Below are positions 48,708 through 56,789 of a DNA stretch of 64,000 nt, piece after piece (the first letter of the stretch is position 1; every line of letters starts with the position of its first letter). The stretch is from Candidatus Nomurabacteria bacterium RIFCSPLOWO2_01_FULL_41_18. Its GTDB lineage: Bacteria; Patescibacteriota; Minisyncoccia; Phycocordibacterales; UBA9973. The DNA is taken from assembly GCA_001785865.1 (NCBI GenBank), contig MFUZ01000002.1, positions 22,128 through 86,127 on the forward strand, written 5' to 3'. The notes beneath the pieces are model-generated. The model was given only the letters and a program-made list of their open reading frames with translations, had not been told where the DNA came from and searched no databases. A program made the position numbers and the translations under genes.

Positions 48708-50516
48708 CTACTTCTTATTCTTTATCTCCTCCAAAAGTTTTTTGAGGAGTTCTTCTTTTGATACATACGACTTACTAGTCTCAGCACCTTCCTCACCTTT
48801 GTTCGTCGGCATTTGACCGCTGTCCCTAGATTCTAAAGTGAGTTTCCCAGTCTCTATTTCTTTATCACCGACTACTATCCAATACGGGATTTTATTATTT
48901 TTTGCATCACGGACTTTTGTGCCGAGGTTTAGGTCTGCATCATCAAATTCTGCGCGAATATTATTTTCTTTCAGGGTTTCAAAAATCTGTTTTGCATATT
49001 CATTATGATTTGCACGCACAGGGATTACCTTAACTTGCACTGGCGAGAGCCAGAGAGGGAAACAGCCAGCAGTGTGCTCAATCAAAACCGCAAGAAATCT
49101 TTCGATTGAGCCCATGATAGCGGCATGAATCATCACTATGCGTTCTTGTTCACCTTTTTCATTAATACAAAACAAATCAAATCTTTCTGGCATATTCATA
49201 TCCAGCTGAATAGTGGCTACTTGATGTTCTCGTCCGATAGCATCTTTTGCCATAAAGTCTATTTTTGGTCCATAAAAAGCAGCTTCACCCACAGCTTCTA
49301 TTGCTTTCTCTCCACTTTTTTCAATTATTTTTCTGAGGGAATTTTCTGAATTTATCCAAACTTCTTCAGTACCCAAATACTTTTCCATATTTTTTGGGTC
49401 ATGAAGAGAAAGGCGGGGTTTCAAAACGAATCCAAAAGTTCCATAAAAAGTTTTGACAATATTGTAAATTTTTTCCATCTCAGAACTTGCATCTTTTAGT
49501 CTGCAGAATACATGAGCATCGTCTTGAGTAATAGAACGCACTCTGGAAATACCACCCAATTCTCCAGTCTGTTCATCACGATAAACCTTGGTTGTTTCTG
49601 CGTATCTTTGAGGAAGTTCTTTGTAGCTCCACTGTTTTCTGTTGTAAATTTGGGTGTGATGCGGACAATTCATTGGTTTCATAGCAAAAACATGTTCTTC
49701 ACGAGTATCTATTTTAAACAAATCATCTTTAAATTTTTCCCAATGTCCTGATTTTTCATAAAGTTCCTTTTTTGTTATGTGGGGAATGTCTACTCGCTCG
49801 TATCCAGCTTTCTTGCGAAGTTCCCAAACGAAATTATCTAGTAAATCTCTAACCAATGTCCCTTTTGGAGTGAAAAGAGGAAGCCCCGCTCCGACGAGTT
49901 CCGAGAAAGTAAACAAATCCAATTCCTTACCCAATTTTTTATGATCTCTTTTCTCAGCCTCTTCTCTTTGTTTTAAATATGATCCCAATTCTTCTTTGGT
50001 TTCAAAAGCGAGTCCATATATACGTGTGAGCATTTTGTTTTTTTCATTTCCGCGCCAATATGCCCCAGCCACGCGGTCCAGCTTGAAGGAGTCAGGATCT
50101 ATTTCTTTTGCCGGATTTTCCAAATGTCCACCACGGCACAAATCGGTAAATCCACCACAAGTGTAAGTGGTTATTTTTTCACCACGCTCGGCTATTTCAT
50201 TTATGAGTTCGGCTTTGTATTCGTTTTTGAAAAATTCCAAGGCTTCGCCCTTACTTATTTCTTTGTGTTCCCACTCTGTCCATTTCGGCAGTTTCTTTCG
50301 CATTTTATCCTCTATTTTTTTCAAATCCGTATCAGTTATTTTTTCTCCACAAAAATCGATATCGTAATAAAAGCCGTTTTCTATGGCCGGACCGAGGGTG
50401 AGCTTGATTTTATCGAATTTATATATTTCTCCGACTGAGGCTGCCAGTAGATGTGCCAGAGTATGTCTCGTATTCTCTATTTTGTCCGTTTTTTGCATGT
50501 TTTCATGATAACACAT
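48708..50516 (-). CDS. thrS: threonine--tRNA ligase
   Basis: Class II core 'MNCPHHTQIY', 'HAAIMGSIERFLAVLIEH', N-terminal editing/TGS-less form, and an anticodon-binding C-terminus. Confidence 0.95.
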   Translation of the reverse strand: MCYHENMQKTDKIENTRHTLAHLLAASVGEIYKFDKIKLTLGPAIENGFYYDIDFCGEKITDTDLKKIEDKMRKKLPKWTEWEHKEISKGEALEFFKNEYKAELINEIAERGEKITTYTCGGFTDLCRGGHLENPAKEIDPDSFKLDRVAGAYWRGNEKNKMLTRIYGLAFETKEELGSYLKQREEAEKRDHKKLGKELDLFTFSELVGAGLPLFTPKGTLVRDLLDNFVWELRKKAGYERVDIPHITKKELYEKSGHWEKFKDDLFKIDTREEHVFAMKPMNCPHHTQIYNRKQWSYKELPQRYAETTKVYRDEQTGELGGISRVRSITQDDAHVFCRLKDASSEMEKIYNIVKTFYGTFGFVLKPRLSLHDPKNMEKYLGTEEVWINSENSLRKIIEKSGEKAIEAVGEAAFYGPKIDFMAKDAIGREHQVATIQLDMNMPERFDLFCINEKGEQERIVMIHAAIMGSIERFLAVLIEHTAGCFPLWLSPVQVKVIPVRANHNEYAKQIFETLKENNIRAEFDDADLNLGTKVRDAKNNKIPYWIVVGDKEIETGKLTLESRDSGQMPTNKGEEGAETSKSYVSKEELLKKLLEEIKNKK

Positions 50517-50530
50517 TTTTAAATTTTAAA

Positions 50531-50606
50531 AACCCCTCCTAGCCTCCCCTTGTCAGGGGAGGGAAAATTCAGCAAGTCCCCCTTGATAAGAGGGATTAGG
50601 GGGTTG
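50531..50606. repeat. family-1 palindromic repeat (CCTCCCCTTGTCAGGGGAGG etc.) in thrS/rpmF divergent spacer
   Basis: CT/GA-rich stem-loops of the same type. Confidence 0.65.
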
Positions 50607-50640
50607 TATTTTAGTTTCAATATGCTAGTATAAGCCTATT

Positions 50641-50871
50641 ATGGTAGTACGAATGAGGAGCACAAAATCACATACAGGAAACAGGCGTTCGCATCATGCC
50701 CTAGAGAGTACGAGTTTTGCCAAGTGCGAAAATTGCCAGGTTTTAAAAAGACGCCATACGGTATGCGCGTCTTGCGGGTACTACCGGGGAACAAAAGTTT
50801 TGGATTTGGTAAAGAAAACTGAAAAGAAGCAAAAGAAAGAAAAGGCAAAAAAGGCAGAAGCAAAGAATTAG
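50641..50871 (+). CDS. rpmF: 50S ribosomal protein L32 (with Lys-rich C-terminal tail)
   Basis: 'RSTKSHTGNRRSHHALE...CENCQVLKRRHTVCASCGYYRG' is L32 with the C4 zinc ribbon. Confidence 0.85.
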   Translation: MVVRMRSTKSHTGNRRSHHALESTSFAKCENCQVLKRRHTVCASCGYYRGTKVLDLVKKTEKKQKKEKAKKAEAKN

Positions 50872-50940
50872 TTATGACTCCCTTTGCGCCATAGTGCGCT
50901 CAGGATGCTCATAAATTATATTCTCTACGTTCATTAATTT

Positions 50941-51885
50941 ATGGCAAATCGGCACCTTTCAAGATCAATAGTTCTTCAGACGCTTTTTGAGTGGGATTTC
51001 TTACCCGCAGAAAAAAAAGTGGATGTTTCTTCAGCTGAAGAGATAAAAAATGCGTTGCGCCGAAACATGAAAGAATTTGCGCCCGGTCTCGAAGACGACG
51101 CTTTTGTTTTCTCGCTTCTAGATGAAATTCTTAAAAAACAAGTTACGATAGATGAGATAATAGAAAAAGCTGCGCCAGACTGGCCGATAGATAAAATATC
51201 AATAGTTGATAGAAATATTCTAAGGATTGGATTGACTGAACTTCTTTTCGGCGACAGGTCCCAAGTGCCTCCCAAAGTGGCGATCAATGAAGCGATCGAG
51301 CTCGCGAAAACTTTCGGCGGAGAGAACTCAAGTAAATTCGTAAATGGTGTGCTCGGGGCAGTATACAAGGAGATAGGTGAGCCAGACAAAGGACATCAAA
51401 AAACCTCGGGTAAAAAAAGAGAACACGCGGAGTCCAAGAAATCGGAACAAGTAGATGTGGCGAAACTGCCGGTGGAAAACCTCGGGGGTGCGCTCGTATA
51501 TGCAAAACTGGATGGCAATATTTTGTTTGGGCTGGTGCACGACGTATTCGGCTACTGGACCTTGTCAAAGGGTAAAGTTGAGGCGGGGGAGGACATAAGA
51601 GAAGGCACCTCAAAAGCGATCAAGAAAGAGATCGGGCTCGATATTCAAATAGAAGAAAAGCTCGGGACCAATGAATATGTGGCCAGCCATCCCCAAAAAG
51701 GCAAAAGCCTAAAAAAAGTAGAATATTTTCTAGCTTCGAGCGAGTACAAGGAGTTGGAGCTGGAGAAGTCAGGAGGGCTAGACGGTGCGAGGTGGTTTGA
51801 GATGAAGGAAATTCCGGAGCTTCGCATTTATAACGATATCATCCCACTTATTGCCAAGGCAGTTGAAATTATAAGCAAAAAATAA
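50941..51885 (+). CDS. nusB: NusB antitermination factor fused to C-terminal NUDIX-like hydrolase domain
   Basis: NusB blocks 'RHLSRSIVLQTLFEWDF', 'VDRNILRIGLTELLF' and 'INEAIELAKTFGGENSSKFVNGVL'. The C-terminal 'GKVEAGEDIREGTSKAIKKEIGL' is a degenerate Nudix box. Confidence 0.7.
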   Translation: MANRHLSRSIVLQTLFEWDFLPAEKKVDVSSAEEIKNALRRNMKEFAPGLEDDAFVFSLLDEILKKQVTIDEIIEKAAPDWPIDKISIVDRNILRIGLTELLFGDRSQVPPKVAINEAIELAKTFGGENSSKFVNGVLGAVYKEIGEPDKGHQKTSGKKREHAESKKSEQVDVAKLPVENLGGALVYAKLDGNILFGLVHDVFGYWTLSKGKVEAGEDIREGTSKAIKKEIGLDIQIEEKLGTNEYVASHPQKGKSLKKVEYFLASSEYKELELEKSGGLDGARWFEMKEIPELRIYNDIIPLIAKAVEIISKK

Positions 51886-51889
51886 CTTT

Positions 51890-52585
51890 ATGATTGATTT
51901 TTCCAATTTCGAGAAAAAAACAAAAATAACTTTTAAAGATAAAAAGCTGTTGGAACAGGCATTTATCCATCGTTCCTACATAAATGAAAATCCGGGGACC
52001 AGGCTTTCGCACAATGAGCGGCTGGAGTTTTTGGGTGATGCGATTCTGGAACTTATCGTGACAGATTTTCTTTATAAAAAATATCCTAGTTATACCGAAG
52101 GCGAGTTGACCGCTTTGCGCTCGGCCTTGGTTAATGCTGTCATTATTTCTGAAATTGCCTCTAATATCGGCATGAATGAGTACTTGCTTTTATCTAAAGG
52201 TGAGGCGAAAGATAACGGCAAAGCCAGGTCATATATCCTCGCGAATACTTACGAGGCATACATAGGGGCTTTGTATCTGGATCAGGGGATTGAGGTCGTG
52301 GGGAAATTTGTCCACAAAACTATTTTACCCAAGACAGAAGAAATAGTATCAAAAAAACTTTGGCGCGATGCGAAGTCTTTAGTTCAAGAGAAAGCACAGG
52401 AATTCGTAAACTTTACGCCCGCCTACAAAGTACTCCATGAGTCAGGGCCGGATCACGACAAGCATTTTACCATTGGTATTTATTTCGGTTCAAACATGAT
52501 AGCCGAAGGCAAAGGTCAGTCCAAACAAGAAGCAGAACAAAAAGCGGCCGAAGCGGCATTAAAGGTAAAAAATTGGCTGGATTAG
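51890..52585 (+). CDS. rnc: ribonuclease III
   Basis: Signature 'ERLEFLGDAILELIVTDFLY' and a C-terminal dsRBD. Confidence 0.9.
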   Translation: MIDFSNFEKKTKITFKDKKLLEQAFIHRSYINENPGTRLSHNERLEFLGDAILELIVTDFLYKKYPSYTEGELTALRSALVNAVIISEIASNIGMNEYLLLSKGEAKDNGKARSYILANTYEAYIGALYLDQGIEVVGKFVHKTILPKTEEIVSKKLWRDAKSLVQEKAQEFVNFTPAYKVLHESGPDHDKHFTIGIYFGSNMIAEGKGQSKQEAEQKAAEAALKVKNWLD

Positions 52586-52592
52586 ATAAATT

Positions 52593-54740
52593 ATGCGACT
52601 CAAGACTTTAGAATTAAATGGCTTTAAATCTTTTTCCCAAAAAACAGTTTTGGAATTTGATAATCCTATCGTTTGCGTGGTGGGTCCGAATGGATCTGGA
52701 AAATCAAACGTGGTAGAGGCTATCCGTTATGTCCTGGGCGAGCAGTCCATGAAATCTATGCGTGGAAAATCCGGCCTTGACCTTATCTTTAAGGGTTCAA
52801 AGAATCTGCCTAAAGGATCCCACGCAACTGTGAAAATATATTTTAATAATTCCGATAAAATTTTTAAACTTGAAAATGACGGGGGCGACAATATAAATTT
52901 GAATTATGACACTATCAGCATTTCACGCGAAGTTTTTTCGGATGGATTAAATAAATACAGCCTCAATGGCACAGATGTGAGATTGAAAGATATTCACAAT
53001 CTTTTGGCATCAGTGAATATTGGCTCAAGCGGGCATCACATCATTTCACAGGGTGAAGCTGACAGGATTTTGAATGCAAGCTCTAAAGATAGGAAGGAAA
53101 TGGTAGAAGATGCACTCGGGCTTAAAATTTTCCAATATAAAATAAAAGAGTCTGTCAGAAAACTGGAAAAAACAGAAAACAACATGAAAGAAGTGGTGAT
53201 GCTACGTAGGGAGAACGCTCCACACCTTAATTTTCTAAAGAAACAAGTAGAGAAATTTGAGAAGGTTAAAGAAATGCAATCAGAGCTTGCAAATCTCTAC
53301 AGAGAGTATTTAAAAAAAGAAAGTTTGTATTTAGAAAAAGAAAAAAATAGTTTGCTTGTTGAAAGACGGGAAATTTCAAATGAACTTAAAACTATTTTGC
53401 CAAAAATTTCTGACAGTGGAGAGAGCGAGTCTGCAAAAGGAAGCGAAAAAATAGAAGAGTTGAAGAAAGTTGAACAGAAACTCAATGAAATCCGCGGATT
53501 AAAAGGCGAGATGGAGAGAAAACTCGGGCGCATTGAAGGAATGATAGAGGCCAAGCAAAATAGGGTCAAGATTTCTGGCCGATGTCCGACGTGCGGAAAA
53601 GAACTAGGAGATGTAAGCCTCGAGCAGATAGAAAACAGTCAAAATAATGAGAAAGAATTGGTGGAATTAAAAAATTCGCAAGCTAGTATTTCAGCCGAAA
53701 TAAAAGAAATAGAAAATAAAGAGAAAGAATTAACTATTCAAATAGAGACAATAAAAAAAGAAATAAACAAAGAGCTGGAAGCTTTGCGTGATCTAGAAAA
53801 AGAGAAATTTAAATTTAAAGTCAGGCACCAGGAGCTCGCTTCGGCTTTAGAGCTTGTGAATATAAAAGAAGGAAGTTTGAAAGTAAGAACCGAAGCTTTT
53901 TCCAACGAAATAAAAGAAGGTGTGGCGCTTATCGGGCAGGAGATTTTGGCTTATAAGGATTATCAAACCAAAGAGCATGTAGATATAAATATTCAAGAAG
54001 AGCAAAAGAAAAAAATAGACCGTATAAAAATAAAATTGGAAGATGCGGGTATGGGTAACAGCGCTGAACTGATGAAAGAATTTAGAGAAGTCTCTGAGAG
54101 GGATCAATTTTTAACAAAAGAATTAGAAGATTTAACTAAAAGTATAGAATCTTTGCAAAAACTCATAGCAGAACTGAAAGAAAAAATAGATATAGAATTC
54201 AAAGAAGGCGTCAAAAAAATAAATAAAGAATTTCAAGAATTTTTCGCATTAATGTTTGGTGGGGGGACAGGGTCTCTTTCTGTGGTTGAAAATAAGAGAA
54301 GATCGCCTCAACGGCGATCCGCCGAAGAGGCGGACGAAGAGTTTGATGAAGATTCTTTTGTAGAAGATGAAGAAGCAATTCCAGAGCAGGGGATAGAAAT
54401 AAATGTTTCTTTGCCTCACAAGAAAGTCAAAGAGCTCCATGCGCTCTCAGGCGGAGAGAGATCTCTCACATCCATCGCGCTTCTCTTTGCTATGTCGCAA
54501 GTAAATCCGCCACCATTTTTGGTGCTCGACGAGACAGATGCGGCACTTGATGAGTCAAATTCGCGAAAATATGGGGATATGTTGGAAAAACTTTCCAAAC
54601 ATTCCCAGCTTATCGTCGTGACTCATAACCGCGAGACAATGTCCCGCGCTGGTGTGCTCTACGGGGTGACAATAGGCGCAAATGGAGCCTCCAAACTCCT
54701 CTCTGTAAAGTTCGAAGAGGCGACCCAGATTGCGAAGTAG
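52593..54740 (+). CDS. smc: short SMC-family chromosome segregation ATPase with central CxxC (zinc-hook-like) motif
   Basis: N-terminal 'VVGPNGSGKSNVVEAIRYVLGEQS...LIFKGS', C-terminal signature 'LSGGERSLTSIALLFAM...LVLDETDAALDESN', long coiled coils, and 'CPTCGKEL' at the apex. Confidence 0.75.
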   Translation: MRLKTLELNGFKSFSQKTVLEFDNPIVCVVGPNGSGKSNVVEAIRYVLGEQSMKSMRGKSGLDLIFKGSKNLPKGSHATVKIYFNNSDKIFKLENDGGDNINLNYDTISISREVFSDGLNKYSLNGTDVRLKDIHNLLASVNIGSSGHHIISQGEADRILNASSKDRKEMVEDALGLKIFQYKIKESVRKLEKTENNMKEVVMLRRENAPHLNFLKKQVEKFEKVKEMQSELANLYREYLKKESLYLEKEKNSLLVERREISNELKTILPKISDSGESESAKGSEKIEELKKVEQKLNEIRGLKGEMERKLGRIEGMIEAKQNRVKISGRCPTCGKELGDVSLEQIENSQNNEKELVELKNSQASISAEIKEIENKEKELTIQIETIKKEINKELEALRDLEKEKFKFKVRHQELASALELVNIKEGSLKVRTEAFSNEIKEGVALIGQEILAYKDYQTKEHVDINIQEEQKKKIDRIKIKLEDAGMGNSAELMKEFREVSERDQFLTKELEDLTKSIESLQKLIAELKEKIDIEFKEGVKKINKEFQEFFALMFGGGTGSLSVVENKRRSPQRRSAEEADEEFDEDSFVEDEEAIPEQGIEINVSLPHKKVKELHALSGGERSLTSIALLFAMSQVNPPPFLVLDETDAALDESNSRKYGDMLEKLSKHSQLIVVTHNRETMSRAGVLYGVTIGANGASKLLSVKFEEATQIAK

Positions 54741-54743
54741 AGG

Positions 54744-54786
54744 AACCCCCTCCCAACCTCCCCCTTGTTAAGGGGGAGGGGAAAAC
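54744..54786. repeat. family-1 palindromic repeat (CCTCCCCCTTGTTAAGGGGGAGG)
   Basis: A perfect 9-bp stem with a GTTA loop directly after the smc stop. Confidence 0.75.
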
Positions 54787-54811
54787 ATAGTTTTTCACCC
54801 TAAAACTGCCT

Positions 54812-54846
54812 AATCCCATCAAAATCGAGCTGATTTTGATGGGATT
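54812..54846. terminator. bidirectional terminator hairpin (15-bp stem AATCCCATCAAAATC/GATTTTGATGGGATT)
   Basis: A perfect long stem between convergent smc and dacA-capA. Confidence 0.6.
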
Positions 54847-54863
54847 GGTGGATTTATGTATAT

Positions 54864-56789
54864 TTATGGAGTTGGGAACTTCACCTTCTCCTCCTTACCT
54901 TCCATAATTTGATCCGGCTGAAAGGCGGAGTTTAGCTCCATTGTATTTTTTTTCACCGCTATCTCGCCATTTCGACTCAATTTCATTTCGAGAAGCATAC
55001 CCTGCATGGTCGGCTCACTCCAAGACTGGTCAAAGATGAAGTTTCCGAGCGAATAAATAATGTAGCTCATGCACGAACTTTGAGTGCAACCTTTTCTGCT
55101 GTAAACTTCAGTGTCTTCGATGACATGCGGATGGTGCCCGATGACTACTTTGGCGCCGGCGTCTACGGCTTTATGCGCTAGATATTCCTGTCTAGCATTG
55201 TGCTTTGGTTTATACTCGTCGCCGAAATGAAAGGAAACCAAAAGATAGTCCACTTGCTTTGCGGCATTTGCTACTATTTCATCAAAGCGTGGATCGCTCG
55301 CTAGTAGCTGGCCTGCTTTATCTGTGCCTGCCTCCATCCAAGTGGGTCCGACGTCAGAGAAGCCCAAAAATCCGATCTTCATCCCGTATTTTTCAATGAT
55401 TGCCGGAGTTTCAGCTTCTTCTTTGGTGTTGCCGCCACCGGTGTAAAGTATTTCGTTTTCCGTGAGGCGCGAGAGGGAATCAATATACGCTAACCGCCCC
55501 CAATCTCCGATGTGATTATTGGCGACCGAGAGCACACTGATGCCTGCTCCTTTCAAGGCCGGAATTGTCTCGGGATCCATCCTAAATGAATACAAATTTC
55601 GAAGGTCGGCGCCCTTGTTCGATGCCGGCCCCTCCAAATTAGCAAAGACAATGTCGGATTTTTTCAATATGTCTCTCAATACCTTCGATTTTTCAAAAAG
55701 CTTGGAGTAATCCCCATTGAAGTTTTTCCTGACTGAATTTTTGACTCCGCGGTCCATCATTATATCGCCTCCGAAAGTGAGTGTTATAAAATTCGGATCC
55801 TTTATGTTCGGCGTTCCTATCTTTTCTTCTACCCAATTCGTGCTTGCGTCCGCTGGTCCTCCGTAGTAAATATTTTTCTTCAAGTAGTTTAAGATATTTT
55901 CTACATCACTCCGGCGGTCAGGGCTTTGGAGCAAAGTGATTGCGATCGGGCGAACGCCGGTTTCTCCGAGCGGCAGGTTGAAAAGGGAGACCACCGTCTG
56001 TTTGGCCGGATCGGTGTATCCGCTCTTTCCGCCGAAGTAACCGTCCTTATCCAAGAACTGGCTGATATTAGACCAGCTGTGGGTCTTGTTCGAATAACTG
56101 CGCGTGGTGGTGATATCAAGGAGGCCACTCCTTTGTTCTTTCAAGTATCCAGTCAGTTTGAAAAGATCGGAAACGGTAGATTGGTTCTGTGCAGAGAGCC
56201 CACTTGGGTCCTCATACGTAGTCGAAGACATTTTTAGGTTTTCCGCCTGCTGATTCATCTTGGCGATGAATGTCTCTCTGTCAAAATGCTCTGCCAGGGC
56301 TTCGGCCGCATCATTGCTTGATTCGAGCAAGAGAGGGTAGAGAAGCTCCTTCGTCTGTATTTTCTCTCTATCTCGAAGATTGCCGTTTGAACCGTAAGTT
56401 GCCAAGGATCTTTTGCTTATTTCTACGACGTCATCCGGGGGCGAGATTAGATCGGCCACTAGCGCGGTCATGAGTTTGGACACGGAGGCGATTGGGAATT
56501 TCTTGTCTTGATTTTTAGCGAGTATCACTTCGCCAGTATTCAAGTCGCCGACCAGATAAGCAGCCGCTCCTACCTTGGGCTCTTCCTCCCCATTGTTTAG
56601 ATAGAAATATTTTGGTTTCGCATCTTTTGCTGAAATGAAAGATTGCGAGACTGTGGCGGTATTGCTTTTAGATTCCCATATTTTTGCAAAATCTGTATTT
56701 TTGAAAGCAAGAGTGGTGAGTGCAACAAGCGAAATACCCAGTATCACTGGAAACATACCCCACACCAATAATCCGATTTTTTTTCTCAT
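54864..56789 (-). CDS. fusion of D-alanyl-D-alanine carboxypeptidase (S11/PBP5-like) and CapA-family metallophosphoesterase
   Basis: The N-terminal half has SxxK 'ASVSKLM', SxN 'SSND' and 'GKSGYT'. The C-terminal half has 'GGDIMMDR', 'NLEGP' and 'GHHPHVIE', which are CapA motifs. Confidence 0.7.
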   Translation of the reverse strand: MRKKIGLLVWGMFPVILGISLVALTTLAFKNTDFAKIWESKSNTATVSQSFISAKDAKPKYFYLNNGEEEPKVGAAAYLVGDLNTGEVILAKNQDKKFPIASVSKLMTALVADLISPPDDVVEISKRSLATYGSNGNLRDREKIQTKELLYPLLLESSNDAAEALAEHFDRETFIAKMNQQAENLKMSSTTYEDPSGLSAQNQSTVSDLFKLTGYLKEQRSGLLDITTTRSYSNKTHSWSNISQFLDKDGYFGGKSGYTDPAKQTVVSLFNLPLGETGVRPIAITLLQSPDRRSDVENILNYLKKNIYYGGPADASTNWVEEKIGTPNIKDPNFITLTFGGDIMMDRGVKNSVRKNFNGDYSKLFEKSKVLRDILKKSDIVFANLEGPASNKGADLRNLYSFRMDPETIPALKGAGISVLSVANNHIGDWGRLAYIDSLSRLTENEILYTGGGNTKEEAETPAIIEKYGMKIGFLGFSDVGPTWMEAGTDKAGQLLASDPRFDEIVANAAKQVDYLLVSFHFGDEYKPKHNARQEYLAHKAVDAGAKVVIGHHPHVIEDTEVYSRKGCTQSSCMSYIIYSLGNFIFDQSWSEPTMQGMLLEMKLSRNGEIAVKKNTMELNSAFQPDQIMEGKEEKVKFPTP

